A stretch of DNA of 61,640 nucleotides, counting the filler, from Intoshia linei (Eukaryota; Animalia; Orthonectida), in the NCBI GenBank assembly GCA_001642005.1. It is 5 parts of 5 records of this genome, joined end to end, with 100 filler letters (N's around TTAATTAATTAA, not from the genome) between each part and the next. Parts side by side here need not be neighbours in the genome. Positions count along the whole stretch, not along the records: positions 1 to 25,156 come from LWCA01000509.1; positions 25,257 to 39,920 come from LWCA01000948.1; 3 more parts are not named here. The stretch is one strand, 5' to 3'. Both the position numbers and the translations under genes were made by a program. Below the pieces are notes generated by a model that was not told the origin of the DNA, searched no databases, and saw only the letters and a program-made list of their open reading frames with translations. The stretch's first letter is position 1, and each line of letters opens with the position of its first letter. Shown piece by piece: positions 13,333 to 25,374 of this stretch.

Positions 13333-16300
13333 ATGTTTTCCTCTTATTTTAGTCAAGTGAAGAAACTAAATTCCCGACAGGTACTCATATTCAGATTAAA
13401 TTAAAAGCATTTAAAGGTTTATCAACAATTTCTGTCATTAGCTATAGCGGTGTCAACTGCTTTAGCAATTTGGAAGAGTACAATGCTTGTATCTGGTAGT
13501 GAAAGTCCTATCGTTGTAGTTTTGAGGTATTTAAATGTTGTTTTGGTAAAACCTATACATTTGTATTTTATGATAGTGGTAGCATGGAACCAGCATTTTG
13601 GCGAGGAGATATTATGTTTGTATACCACAACGAAGCAGAGGGTATTTCTGTTGGAGACATTGTCATTTTTAACTTTGATACACGAGAAATACCAATCGTT
13701 CATCGAGCACTTGAAGTTCACACATAGTATTATTTAATATTATTGATTTTAATCGTAATTTTGTTGTAAACATTAAGTATAAACTATACACCAGTGGTTC
13801 TCAACCTTTTTTTAGAATCGCTTCTAAACCAAATATTCACACATATTTTTTTTAAAAAGCCCTCTATAACAGTGAATTATATTTCAATACAAAAAAATAA
13901 CTTAAAATCATAAGGATTGTCATAAATGCCTCTCTGTTTATAGAAAATAGTCCAAGGGGGCGATTCGCACATCGCTGAGAACCACTGCTATATGAGTTCT
14001 CTCAACTTATTAAAAAGATACAGTACTCTGTCTCTAGTTAACCATTGTTGGATTTGAGATAATTTGCACAATATATTTATGTATTATCTTTATTATAAAA
14101 TTTTTCACACCTTGGTTTCTTTAACAAAATTTGTAGCGTTTGAAAGGACTGGTTAATTTCAGAGAGAAAACTGTATTACAATTCTAATTAACGTGAATAT
14201 TTATTTTGCACATTATTTATCAGTTTATCAAAACTCTGTGGTATTGAATTACGCTCATCAATTAAAATAGAACAGTTTAACTAAATTATACTGGATTAGT
14301 TTGTTCAAAAGGTCATTTTTTGAATAATTATTATGCATACCTAATTATATTTTATATTGGCCTCTCACCAGCGTCATGGACAGGGCTAGGAGGCCATATT
14401 ATTCTAAGTTAATAAGTGATGTTAGAAATATTTTCGTACGATGGGCTAAATTTTTTAGTGTTCAAGGTAACCGTTGGACTAAACAATGTCTAGAGCAGGG
14501 TGGACAACCTTTCCACCAATTCAACAGCAAATTTACTTTACTCATTGATACTACGGTCGTACAAAATTTACTTTGACATTAAGAAAGTTTAAATACGTTT
14601 TGAGGAAGTGACCAAAGTCCAAAATGTAACTTTTTAATAAAAATATGATTTAAACTTTTCAATTTGAAGTAAAATGATATATTTCATTATGATCGCAGGG
14701 ATTGCACACGGCCGCACATAAACACTTTCACGGCCGCATGTGGCCTTACGTTGTGTACCCTGGTTTAGAGCAGGGTTCTTAACCTCTTTTAGAATCACCC
14801 TAAGCCCAGATCCTTGTTTTAAAGCGACTCCTTCATAATTCATAAAAAAGTTGTCACTATTACTCAACTTTTTAAAGAATAGACCAGTAAAACCAATAAT
14901 TCTCTTAAAAATTTTGTGTTATCTTAGACATTGGCGGAGTATTAAAATAATTTATAATTTAATATTATAATTAACAATATAAATAACGTTATTTTAAATA
15001 TCGATTAATTAATGATTAGAAAATTGTATTAATGGTAAAATTTTGACAAATTTATAATTTATTGACTCTTTTTAGACATTATTTGTAAATTAAAAAAAAA
15101 ATTTAGATTATGTATTTTATGAAATAAAATAGAAAAATCGCACCTAAGGGGTGTTTCGCCACCCGTTGAGAATCCTTGGTCTAGAGGAACCACATTTTTT
15201 AAAATATATATATATATATATATGGGCCTACAATTTCCATTCTCCCCATGCATTTTTGCCTTTTCATGTCCCTGTCATTGACTCAATAAAGTTGTGTAAT
15301 CATTATGTAAAAAAAATTCAATTTTTGATGAAATGTCATGTAGAGCACTTGTATTTGTTTAAATACAGATATATTTGCGTTTTCAGAATTTGGTTTGATT
15401 TTATTTACACCTAAAAGGTTGCGTCGATCAAAATAATTAATTTATCTAATACTATGTAGCAACAATGGAACTTTCGAAGTTTTGACGAAGGGTGACAATA
15501 ACAATGGAAACGACAGACCACTGTACCCACCAGGAGTGAAATTTGTGCGTAAGGAACAATTTCTAGGAAAACCATTCCTGTAATTTTTAATATATCGTTA
15601 GAGAACAAAATTAATAATGACAACCCATATGACCTAAAAATAACTAATTATTCATTTTAATTTTAGAGTTTTTAACAAAATGTCTATTGACTCAAAAAAT
15701 GGTTCCCAACTGCAGGTGCGCATCAAAAATTTTAAACTAAACCAGATGTGGGGAAAGTGCGGCCTTAAGATTTGGTCATTGACGATTTCGTGCGGCCTTC
15801 TGAACAATTTGAATTATTTTATTTATTATATTATTTTTACTCATTCAGATATAAACATCACATGCAAAAAATTCTATTATATATTGGGTTCTTTAATTCT
15901 ACGACTGTTAATTTTTTAAAGAAACGGTAACACACGCAAACATTCAATTTTATTTGTAAAGGATCACACCATTATATTATAAAAAATCCCAAAATCACAC
16001 TTTGTTATAAATCTGAAAAACGTTTTGAAACACATGTCGTTGAAATATATTCTCATAGATTTTTAAAGTTTATTTACAATATTTGTTGATAAAAAGTAAT
16101 ATGTTAAAATGTACTCTTGGTTATCTAGTAAATTTACGTGAGGTATGCCTATCTAGGAATGTTCCGATTTAAGTCGGTTTTAAATTGTCAAATTTAACGC
16201 TTAAATGAAACCACACTAATTTAATAAAAACTAATATATTAAAATTTCCTCGTACTCGTTTCAAGCGATGTTATAATTTAACTTTAAAAACCCTTTGTTT

Positions 16301-16523
16301 TATTGAAATTCTGATTTTAAATTAAAAGAATGTTTACTGAAATTACTATCCAATAAACTTTGTAAACGTGTATATTTAGAAAAATACCAACTCTTGGTAT
16401 GTTGACAATATTATTCAACGATTACCCTACATTTAAGGTATTAAAAATTAAACTAAAGTGAATTATATTTAGTTTGGAGTTTTAGGAACATTGGCATTCT
16501 TCTTATTGTTACACCGAGAATAA
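13333..16523 (+). CDS. SEC11: Signal peptidase complex catalytic subunit SEC11
   Basis: Six exons: MFSSYF..RQ / ..SESPIVVVLS / GSMEPAFWRGD..IPIVHRAL / VLTKGDNN..DRPLY (~15467-15579) / IPTLGMLTILFNDYP / ..LLLHRE*. Catalytic Ser, His and Asp motifs are present. Confidence 0.92.
13792..13987. mobile_element. hAT (Buster/Charlie-type) MITE
   Basis: CAGTGGTTCTCAAC...GCTGAGAACCACTG TIRs; partly decayed 8-bp flanks ctatacac/ctatatga. Confidence 0.75.
14021..14173. mobile_element. Tigger/pogo-type MITE
   Basis: TA|CAGTACTCTGTCTCTAGTTAACC...GGTTAATTTCAGAGAGAAAACTG|TA. Confidence 0.55.
14496..14762. mobile_element. hAT MITE (first of a tandem pair)
   Basis: gtctagag|CAGGGTGGACAAC...GTTGTGTACCCTG|gtttagag. 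Confidence 0.75.
14771..15178. mobile_element. hAT MITE (second of a tandem pair)
   Basis: gtttagag|CAGGGTTCTTAAC...GTTGAGAATCCTTG|gtctagag. Confidence 0.75.
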
Positions 16524-16554
16524 ACTGAAAACGAAATACAATTTATTAAACTGG

Positions 16555-19500
16555 TTATTCTGTAGAAACTTTACGAGTCTTGGGGAAATCCATTTGATTA
16601 ACATATTGATCGATTAATTGTGCATCCTGACGCCAAAATGTATTTTCTTTTTCGCGAGTACATATCAGATCATACATTTTCCAGATTCTAGCATTTTTAG
16701 CAAATTTGTATTTATCGCAACCATAAAAACTACAAATGTCGTCCAACAATTTGTTTCCATTTTCTTTTTCGTTGTTTTTTGAATTATTGATTTTTTTAAA
16801 ATTTTCGTATTCGTGATTTGATTCATCTTCAATAACAAAGACGATGGGATTAATGTTGATTTTTTCAAATATATTTACTAAATGAAACGAATTAAATTAA
16901 ATTTTATAAACTTCAATTTATACAAGTATTTTAAAAACGGTTCACCTCATGTATGTAAAATGATAAAAGTTAACTGATAATGCTAAATTACCTAAAAATT
17001 GATGCGAATCGGTGATAATGAGGCATTTTGTGTGTTTAGAGGAAATAACTTCTTTAATGACTTGAATTTGAGATAAACCCGGTTGTTGATTATGAAAATA
17101 TTCAATATAATCAAATTTGGATTTAAAACATTTTCGGATATTTTGAGCAATAGAAATAAGGTTAAAAATTTGTACATTATGCGAATTGATTAAAACAACT
17201 GGTCTCGAAATATTTTCAGTAGAATAATCGATACATTTCAATAATTTATACCCTGCAACCGTTGACTGAGAATTATTGGAATGTATTCTAATTTTGGTTT
17301 CAGATTTAAATTTTTTCAATTTTGGAGATTTGTCGCCAAACAAATTAGATAAACTGCTTTTAGCATTTTTGAGGCCACTTTTGAATTTTTTATAATTTTT
17401 AAAATTAGTTTTAACGGTAACGTCATTTTTAAAAGATGGTAAATTTTGAGAAATAAAGATGCGAATGGCTTCATAATAATTTGGAATTTCAATAGTTTTT
17501 AGCGAATTTGTATCGTGAGCTAGCCAGAAATTTGAACAAACATTGTATCCATATTTTAAAGGTGCTGGTCGATGACTTGGCAAAGTGTTTATAACTTTTA
17601 AAATTTGGCCCTTTGTAATACAGATAGTTTCACCAACTTGTTTATGAACATTGACGGTAATATCAATTTTGCATTGTACATAGAAATAATCTCCCAATAA
17701 ATGGTTCACTTTTAAATTGTTAAAAGTATCGAAATTTGAATGTCGCAAAATATCCACTCTTGGACCACAAGTGTTTAAAATTTTAATTGCATTTTCTTTT
17801 GTCACGTTTTTTAAGTTATATTGTCCAATTTTTATTAAAGTATCTCCAATTTTTAATCCTGAATTGTGTGCTAATCCATTTTCGTCAATTTCTGCAACAA
17901 AAATGCCACATTTATTTCCTCCTTCAATTTTAAACCCTAGAGGCTGATATTCTATTCGGCACAAAGAAATGTTTGAATATCCATTTAGTTTTGTGTACTC
18001 ACCAATTATGTTTTCATGTATAGGTTCAATACCGGAATAAATATAGTCCTGGGGGTGGAAAACTTTGTGAATTTTTTCGGTGGATTTGTGGGTCACTGTT
18101 CCATTGGAAAGATTTTTACTTAAATCTGTTTTTAAGGTGATATTTTCAAGTTTGCATTCAGAAATGAAACTACTTTTCACATTCTTTACTTTAAAAGAGT
18201 GCAAATAACCATTTGATTTAGTCAAATTTTCTCCATCGTTGTTAAGTTTGGAATAGTAAACGTTTTCATCTTTTTCGTAGACTTGATAATCGTCAAAATT
18301 TTCAGAATAAAATTTGGATTTCAAATCATTTGCAGTTTTATTCAATTTAACAACTCCGCCGTTCAATTGAGGTAACGTGACGTCGGTGAAGGTGGAATTT
18401 TTTTTAGATTGCATTTTGGTAACATGGTTTGTTTTAAAATCGAACGAGTTTGAATATTTATCGATATCTACATTGTAAACTACTAAATCGTTGTCAATAC
18501 TTAATTTGCACTTTTTAGGGTTAACGTAATCGTTTTTTTCGTCATAAATTTTTACTGGGTTTTCAAACTCGATATCTTTAGCCAAACATGGAATTTTGTT
18601 TTTAATTGGAGAGTATTGCTTGATTAAGTTTGCAGACACAACTTTTAAATTGTTTGTATATACACAGGAACTGTCAGTATCGTAATTCAAACCAATTTCA
18701 TAATTTGATTTTTGGGAGAGTGGGGTGGAACGTTTTTGATATTTGTTGAGAATGGTCGAGTAAGGGTAGTCAATTTTTGAATTTTTAACACTCGCAATGT
18801 CGGAACAAATGGAATCTTTAAATCTTTGCGACTTTTTAAAGTTTATACCAGCAAAGCTGTTTTTAGAATCATATGAATTGTTATTTTGTCTTAAATTGTA
18901 TGTAGGTTTAGATGCTATTGGACCTTTTTCACTTTCGAATATCCGACGTTTCAATTTAAATTCAATTGTATCTCTAGGACGGTTGAACAATTTTTTAATG
19001 TACTTTGCAATCATAAAATGTAAATTTATATTTGAAATTTCCAAAATTTCATCACCAGCAAACAAACCACCTTTGGTCACCATCAAATCCTCTGTCACAG
19101 CATCAACAAAAACGTTGACTTTAAAATCAATTCCAATATTATCACCACTGCACATTCTGGTTTTTTTGAGATATCCAATTTTTTTTATTATACACGTTTC
19201 CACTTTTTGCTCAGGATACTTGAATCCATTCTGTACAATTTCTGTTTCCTTGTTTGGGTTTTCTGGTCTAAGAACGTTTATACGAATTATATTATCAAAT
19301 GTCTTCAATAAAGCCACAGATTCATTAGGTTTTAATTCATACAACGATAATCCATCAATGGCTACAATCACATCTCCTATTTTCAATACTTTACTGGCAG
19401 GGGATTCTGGTAAAATGTCTGAAATGTAAAGTAATCCATTATTTTCATTTCCTCGTTGAAACCCAGACACAGTAATCCCTAGCCCAAAGCTTTCGTCTCG

Positions 19501-19902
19501 GTTCAATTTTATATAGAAGGATTGGTGTAAATTATTTTTAAACGGTTTCTCCAAAAAGCTATTCTCCGCTCCCACAACAGTTTCATCGTTCACATGACAT
19601 TTACTTGAATTTTCATATATATTTTTTCCTTCGTCGTTCAAAATAAGCAATGGTAAAATACTTGAATCGTGAAATAACAACGTTTGCAGGAACGAATGTA
19701 ATGTTTTTAAATTGAATTTTTTAGAAATTAGGTTTATCAAAATTTCGGCTCTGTGTTTAGGTTCCATAGACCATAATATGTTGCGTTCCTCCAAATGAGA
19801 CAGAATACCTTTGTCCACTAAATCTGGAACTATTGTTGTCAAATTAATCTTTTGAACCAGCACATTCCTGTGACGTTCAAACCAGTTTTCACATATTGCC
19901 AT
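16555..19902 (-). CDS. CARD-PDZ-PDZ-PDZ-SH3-GUK MAGUK scaffold (DLG5/ZO-1-like), one very long exon plus a short terminal exon
   Basis: N-terminal CARD-like sequence (RHRNVLVQKINLTTIVPDLVDKGILS..RAEILINLI) and PDZ motifs FGLGITVSG, GDEILEI and LGFKIEGGNKCGIFV. SH3 start GDYFYVQ and GUK start RPVVLI. A last exon from ~16877 joins the 16555 ORF frame. Confidence 0.8.
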
Positions 19903-20153
19903 TATTTTTTAAAAATGTAAATTAAAATTGTTTACACAAATTATGTAAAATATACTTAATCAAATTTTAAACTATGCTGTTAAATAAAGTTAAAAATGAT
20001 TCAATCTTTTATTCAAAATTGTTGTCTCAGTTGATGGCATTTATTTATCAATGGGCGTATACATTATTTCCAATTTTAGATAGTTCAATACGTAAACATT
20101 TTAATATATACCAGTCTAGAATTTATAGTAATAAAAATAACTATGTTAAAATT

Positions 20154-23039
20154 TTATTTTGAAATTAATTGTGCACCGTTTACATATAACCAGCTGTTGT
20201 ATTTGTTATCCGTCTTGATTTTGTAGTCCATTCTAATCATATTTTTAGATTTTATACAGTTTTTATAATACAATTCAATTTTATATTCTTTGAAAAGAGG
20301 ACAATCTAATGTAAATGTTTCGTATTCTCCACCTTCCCCACAAACGTTCATTTGATATTCTTTATTTATTTTTTCAAAAGTTGGTTTTAGTTCTTCAATT
20401 GTTTTTCCCAACATTGAGGAATCCAAACCTAAATATATGTAAATAAAGTGATGTTTTTCTGTAAAAGGTGACGAAATAAATATAAAACTTTTAAAGTAGT
20501 ACTATTCAGGACCGTGGATAAGCGGGATAGGGAGTCAGGATATGTTCTGGTCTACAATTTAATATTTAGACAATAAACAATCGATTAAACAATATATAGA
20601 CGTCCCATTTAAAAAATGTTTATATGGGGTAAAGTTGTGCAAACATTGTAAATATTTTATCAATATATATTCTGTAGATAAACTTGATAAAATATTTACT
20701 CTTTCTATAATTACATTATTATAATTATATACGGATTGATCAAATATAGGATTAGTACTTGTAATGTTATCACAGTATGTTTACCAAATTACTGTATAAT
20801 AATACAGTTAGTTTGGTAATAATTATAAGTGAAGCTGATTCGTTGTTTATTTTTAGAAAAAATGTTTCAATGATACCAAAAATATTTAATGGATAAAATT
20901 GTTCAAATCTAAATAATATCGTTTTTACTCGAAAGTACTCGGAACAATTTGATTTAAATGTTGACAACTCGGTTGTATTCAGTTATTTTTATCAGTACTG
21001 TTTACAAATTAAATTTATTGTAATATCTCAATAGTAAACAGTTCAACTATTATGCAAATGACAATTTGTGAGATTATCCACCTAATAAATATAATGGTCA
21101 GTATTTTTATTATCAATTCATTAGAACCGTCGAATTGATTTCTACGAATTAGATCAATATAATCAATATTTTATGAAATGATTTAATGTTTTGAACTTAT
21201 TTGGTCGTTGTTTATATTTGGAAAGGTTGGAAATTTATCAACATTGACATTTTACAACAGGAAACGGTAAATAAGTCTAAAATTAAATATTATGAACATA
21301 TTTTTGACCAAACCCTTGAAGGATAATTTTTATACCCAATCTTACATGGGAAGTATTTTTCATTAAATTCTTGAATGAGAATTTTCAATTATTTTTTTAC
21401 AAAACTAGAAATTTAAGCTTTAAATTTACAAAAATTTTACTCTAATGCAATTATTCATGAACAGTGATTTAATGTTGTGGAAGAATTTAAAATTTAATTT
21501 CTACACCATTTAACCCTTCCACTTATTTACTATAAATATTTAAATTCTATGTTATGCTTTTATTTATTTTAGTAACTTAAATTGAAAATTTTGATAAATT
21601 ATCGTAATTTAAAAAAATAACATTGAGAACACGTTGAAAATGTAAAATTTAATATCAATAAATTAGTTTTAGAATGACTAGGGCCCAGTCCTATCTAAAA
21701 ATAAAAACAGGATGATGTAATATAGACAAAAAATTCTGAAATTATAATTTTAGATTAATATAATATATAAATTGAGGATTGGAAATGCACAATAATACTG
21801 ATTCAAGATAAAAAACATTTAATTAATATAAAATATCACTATATTGGGTTGATAATGAATTATCAATATCATTTCTCATGGACGATCTTTCCCTGTAGCG
21901 ATCAGATGATTGTTTTCGCTTTAATGCTTTTTTGCGTTCACATTCCTTAATATCTATATAATTAATATATCTTAAGTCTATAGCTTGAGTTTTCAATTAT
22001 CTAGTTCGCGTGAGTGTAAATTATAAATTTTAATTTAACATCTGTTGTAAAAAATTAAATTATTGAAAAAAACATGTGAAAACACAAATAGTATAATTAA
22101 AATTAAGTTGTATGTCATACATTTCGGCTTGACAGATATTTAAATAATTTAATGTCATTTCAATTGAAAACGGAATTGTTCAAAGTTGTATCGAGTTGTC
22201 AACAGTTAAATTAAGTTGTTCCGAGTACATTCGAGTAAAAACGATATTATTTAGTTTTGAACAATTTTATTCAAATATAAAATAATATTAACATCAATGT
22301 ATGTGTGTGATTGAACATGGTGAAATCGGTGCAGCATCATCTTAATTCTCTTTTAGGCTAGTAAAATTGCTCTACGAAAGTAATTCGTAAGAAATATATC
22401 GTATATCATAAGAAATATTAATATACCATATTATACCTACAAACCATATTACAAAAAAATTAGAAATATTCTATGGTGTTCACACCAAATAATATTTTTT
22501 GTCAGTTTTATTTTATATAGAACATTCAGTTTAAATACTGACAAATCAATAAGAAAAATACTGACGCGATAAATGCACGCCATAAAAAATGTACTACAAA
22601 AATTAAAATATGACTTTATTTTATGGCATATACTAGCTATGACGTGAGAGGTCTTGAGTTGAGTTGGTGTTGATCAAAATGGTAAGCGTTTCCCGCCAAA
22701 AATTATTTTTTTTCAGTGTAGCCATAAAACTATACGCGACTTTATCCGTTCCTGAACCGTAAAATTTCCAAAAAAAGTACTAAAATTCACACCCCTACTG
22801 CATATGCTCAATGCTTTGGAGTTAACAGCAATTAAATCGTGTCATTTTAAATAAAATATTTTTTCATTTATTCGTTTCATTAAATTGTATTGTATACACT
22901 AAACTAATTCACCACTGTAGTAACGTTTTAAGAAATCTTTCTAAATCAAAATATTGTGAAATTACCCATCGATGATGTTTTAATGATGATTGAATTTAAT
23001 TTGCTTGAAATCATTTCATCCAATAAAACGTGTTGATCC
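20154..23039 (-). CDS. DPH6: Diphthine--ammonia ligase, last two exons only
   Basis: Exon 22966-23039 encodes RDQHVLLDEMISSKLNSIIIKTSSMG. Exon 20154-20428 encodes GLDS..NVCGEGGEYETFTLDCPLF. No 5' exons found before the contig end. Confidence 0.85.
20892..22271. mobile_element. Element bounded by ~80-bp inverted repeats in a DPH6 intron
   Basis: aattgttcaaatctaaataatatcgtttttactcgaaagtactcggaacaa..gttgacaactcg (~20897-20971) is the reverse complement of ~22191-22266. Confidence 0.6.
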
Positions 23040-23430
23040 CTAAAATTGTAAAATAATCAAACAATTAAACTATCAGATACAATAAATAATGCGAGTTTCC
23101 GTTTAAGATATTCACTAAAATTCTCTCTGGTTCGTAAAATGGAAGTGGTAACCATAATGAACACCATAAAAAGTGGGCACCTAAACTACACTTCATTAAA
23201 ACCTTAAGAATTTATTATTGTCTCAAGTGATCTAACAAAACATCTAAAATAAAATGTAGTTGATACATTAGATCTCTATTTGTGTATATTTCTTTTATTA
23301 TGAGGTTACCCATACCGACTTTTATCATTCAATATTATTTCAAATCTTGAAAACAACTAAAAACGTCGCAGAGAACAGAAACACGTTAAAAAAGAAATTA
23401 TAAAGCAATTTAAATTTAATTAATTTAAGA

Positions 23431-23692
23431 CAGGTGGGCAAACTTTTTTAGTCAGCGAGAAAAATTTTCATAACAAAAAATTATATTATAAATTATTAAA
23501 TTAGATTTTATAGTGCAATGAAGATATGATTACGAAATTTATTACAACGAAAATATATACTATACTTATTTAAATTGATATTATAATTTTAATACGATAT
23601 TCAAAATCAAATTAAACAATATGCTGTATCACAATAGACTAAAATCCTGCATGGGAAAAAATGTGCCCGCTGGTAGCGGCTTGGCCATCCTG
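23431..23692. mobile_element. hAT MITE
   Basis: atttaaga|CAGGTGGGCAA...TTGGCCATCCTG|gtttaaga. Confidence 0.65.
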
Positions 23693-24526
23693 GTTTAAGA
23701 GGTTCAAAACTAAAAGGTCGAAAAAACTACTTTAAACTAAAACATTCCAAAATAGTTTAGTCAAATTAAAGATACAATGTAATCATTTGATTATATTAAA
23801 GTTAATGTAATTTATAATTTTCTAACATCAGGGTAAATGTATATATTCCTCTGTTTATTTACTTTTAGAATTTTTAAAAAACGAATTATAATACATTTTT
23901 GCAAATGAGTGTTTTATCGTATAAGTAATTATCAGAAATTTCCATTTTCAGGTTCAAAAACTCAAATATCCATTACATTATCCAACATTTTGCAAAATAT
24001 AAAAAACTATTGAATAACACTAACAGACAATTTCAGCTGTTTTTCGTGTACCCAGACAAAATTAATATCATGAATCATGATAGAGAACTTTAAAATTTTA
24101 AGAATTAGCTATAATATAGCAACCAAATTACGACCCGCGAATTAGAAATCTATTATTAAAATACACCGGTGATATCTTACAAATTATCATATATCATCAA
24201 CTTATAAATATATATTTGTAGCAATACCATCGGTAACCAAATATATCGCTAATCGTGTAGCTACGGGAATTGCCAGAAGATGAAATAAGAAGATAACTTA
24301 TTTGTATTTTAAACTATAAATTGATCTAATAAACAATTCAACAATTCTTCAATTGTTAAACCCAACTTAGATACTTGTCACAAAATACAAATCTTTACTT
24401 AAGCTTGTAATGTTGTCACATTTTAAAACTTTATTGATTTGTAATATCGTCCAGAAATTATATTAAATTATATAAGATTTATATTGTAAATATCTTAGTA
24501 TCAAACATTACAATATAATTTCTGCA

Positions 24527-25156
24527 GTGTCCAATCTAATCAATAACCTACCCAAATTGGACATTTTAATTGACATACTAAAATTATATATAGGTAAGCA
24601 TGCGAGAGACAAACTGGAAAATTGTAAGTTGAAAGGGTATAATGCCTATAAAAATGAAATATTGTCGTGGAAATCCTATAATGTTTCACTATTGCGAAAA
24701 AAATTCCAAAGCTTAATGAGGAAATCCAATGAAGAGGGTGAAACATTCATTCAAAAACTGTATATATTATCAAAAAATTGTAATTTTACTGACTTAAATG
24801 AAAGAATAAGAGACCAACTAGTATCAGGAATTAATCATCCTAGACTAGAAAATGAATTACTACCAGTAGATTCTCAAGACTTGGAAAAATGTAAACTATT
24901 TGTATTCCAATTTAAAATTATCAATTTTAATTATGGAAAATTTGAAATATCAAAAATTAACTCAAACTATCGATAAAATAATACATTTAAATGTTTGAAT
25001 TGTGGACGTCCAGGGCACTATGCCAAAAATTGTCGAATTGCTCCTTCTAAAGAAACAAAATCAATTCGTGCTATATATAATCAAGAAAAGGAAGAACTTC
25101 ACAAACAACTAACGTTTACTAATGATATCGATGAAGTAACTTTTAATTTCATTATA
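24527..25156 (+). mobile_element. Ty3/gypsy-type gag relic, truncated by the contig end
   Basis: ERIRDQLVSGI gag motif and a CCHC knuckle CLNCGRPGHYAKNC, with an in-frame stop at ~24974-24976. Confidence 0.75.
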
Positions 25157-25256
25157 NNNNNNNNNNNNNNNNNNNNNNNNNNNNNNNNNNNNNNNNNNNN
25201 TTAATTAATTAANNNNNNNNNNNNNNNNNNNNNNNNNNNNNNNNNNNNNNNNNNNN
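25157..25256. other. Artificial contig spacer
   Basis: N44-TTAATTAATTAA-N44; the 12-mer places stops in all six frames. Confidence 0.97.
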
Positions 25257-25374
25257 TAGGCATTTATATAGAAAATAAAATTTCGACGTTCGTTAAATGA
25301 AATATTCGTTTAACAAAACATTCGTGAATGAGATTTTGACTGTATATAAAGAAGTGCAAAATAAATTTATTTAC

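Noticed and set aside
18797-19429. 210-aa antisense ORF inside the MAGUK, and similar ORFs at 4272-4556, 55642-55941 and 59221-59625
   Set aside because: These are shadow ORFs of real coding exons with no recognisable motifs.
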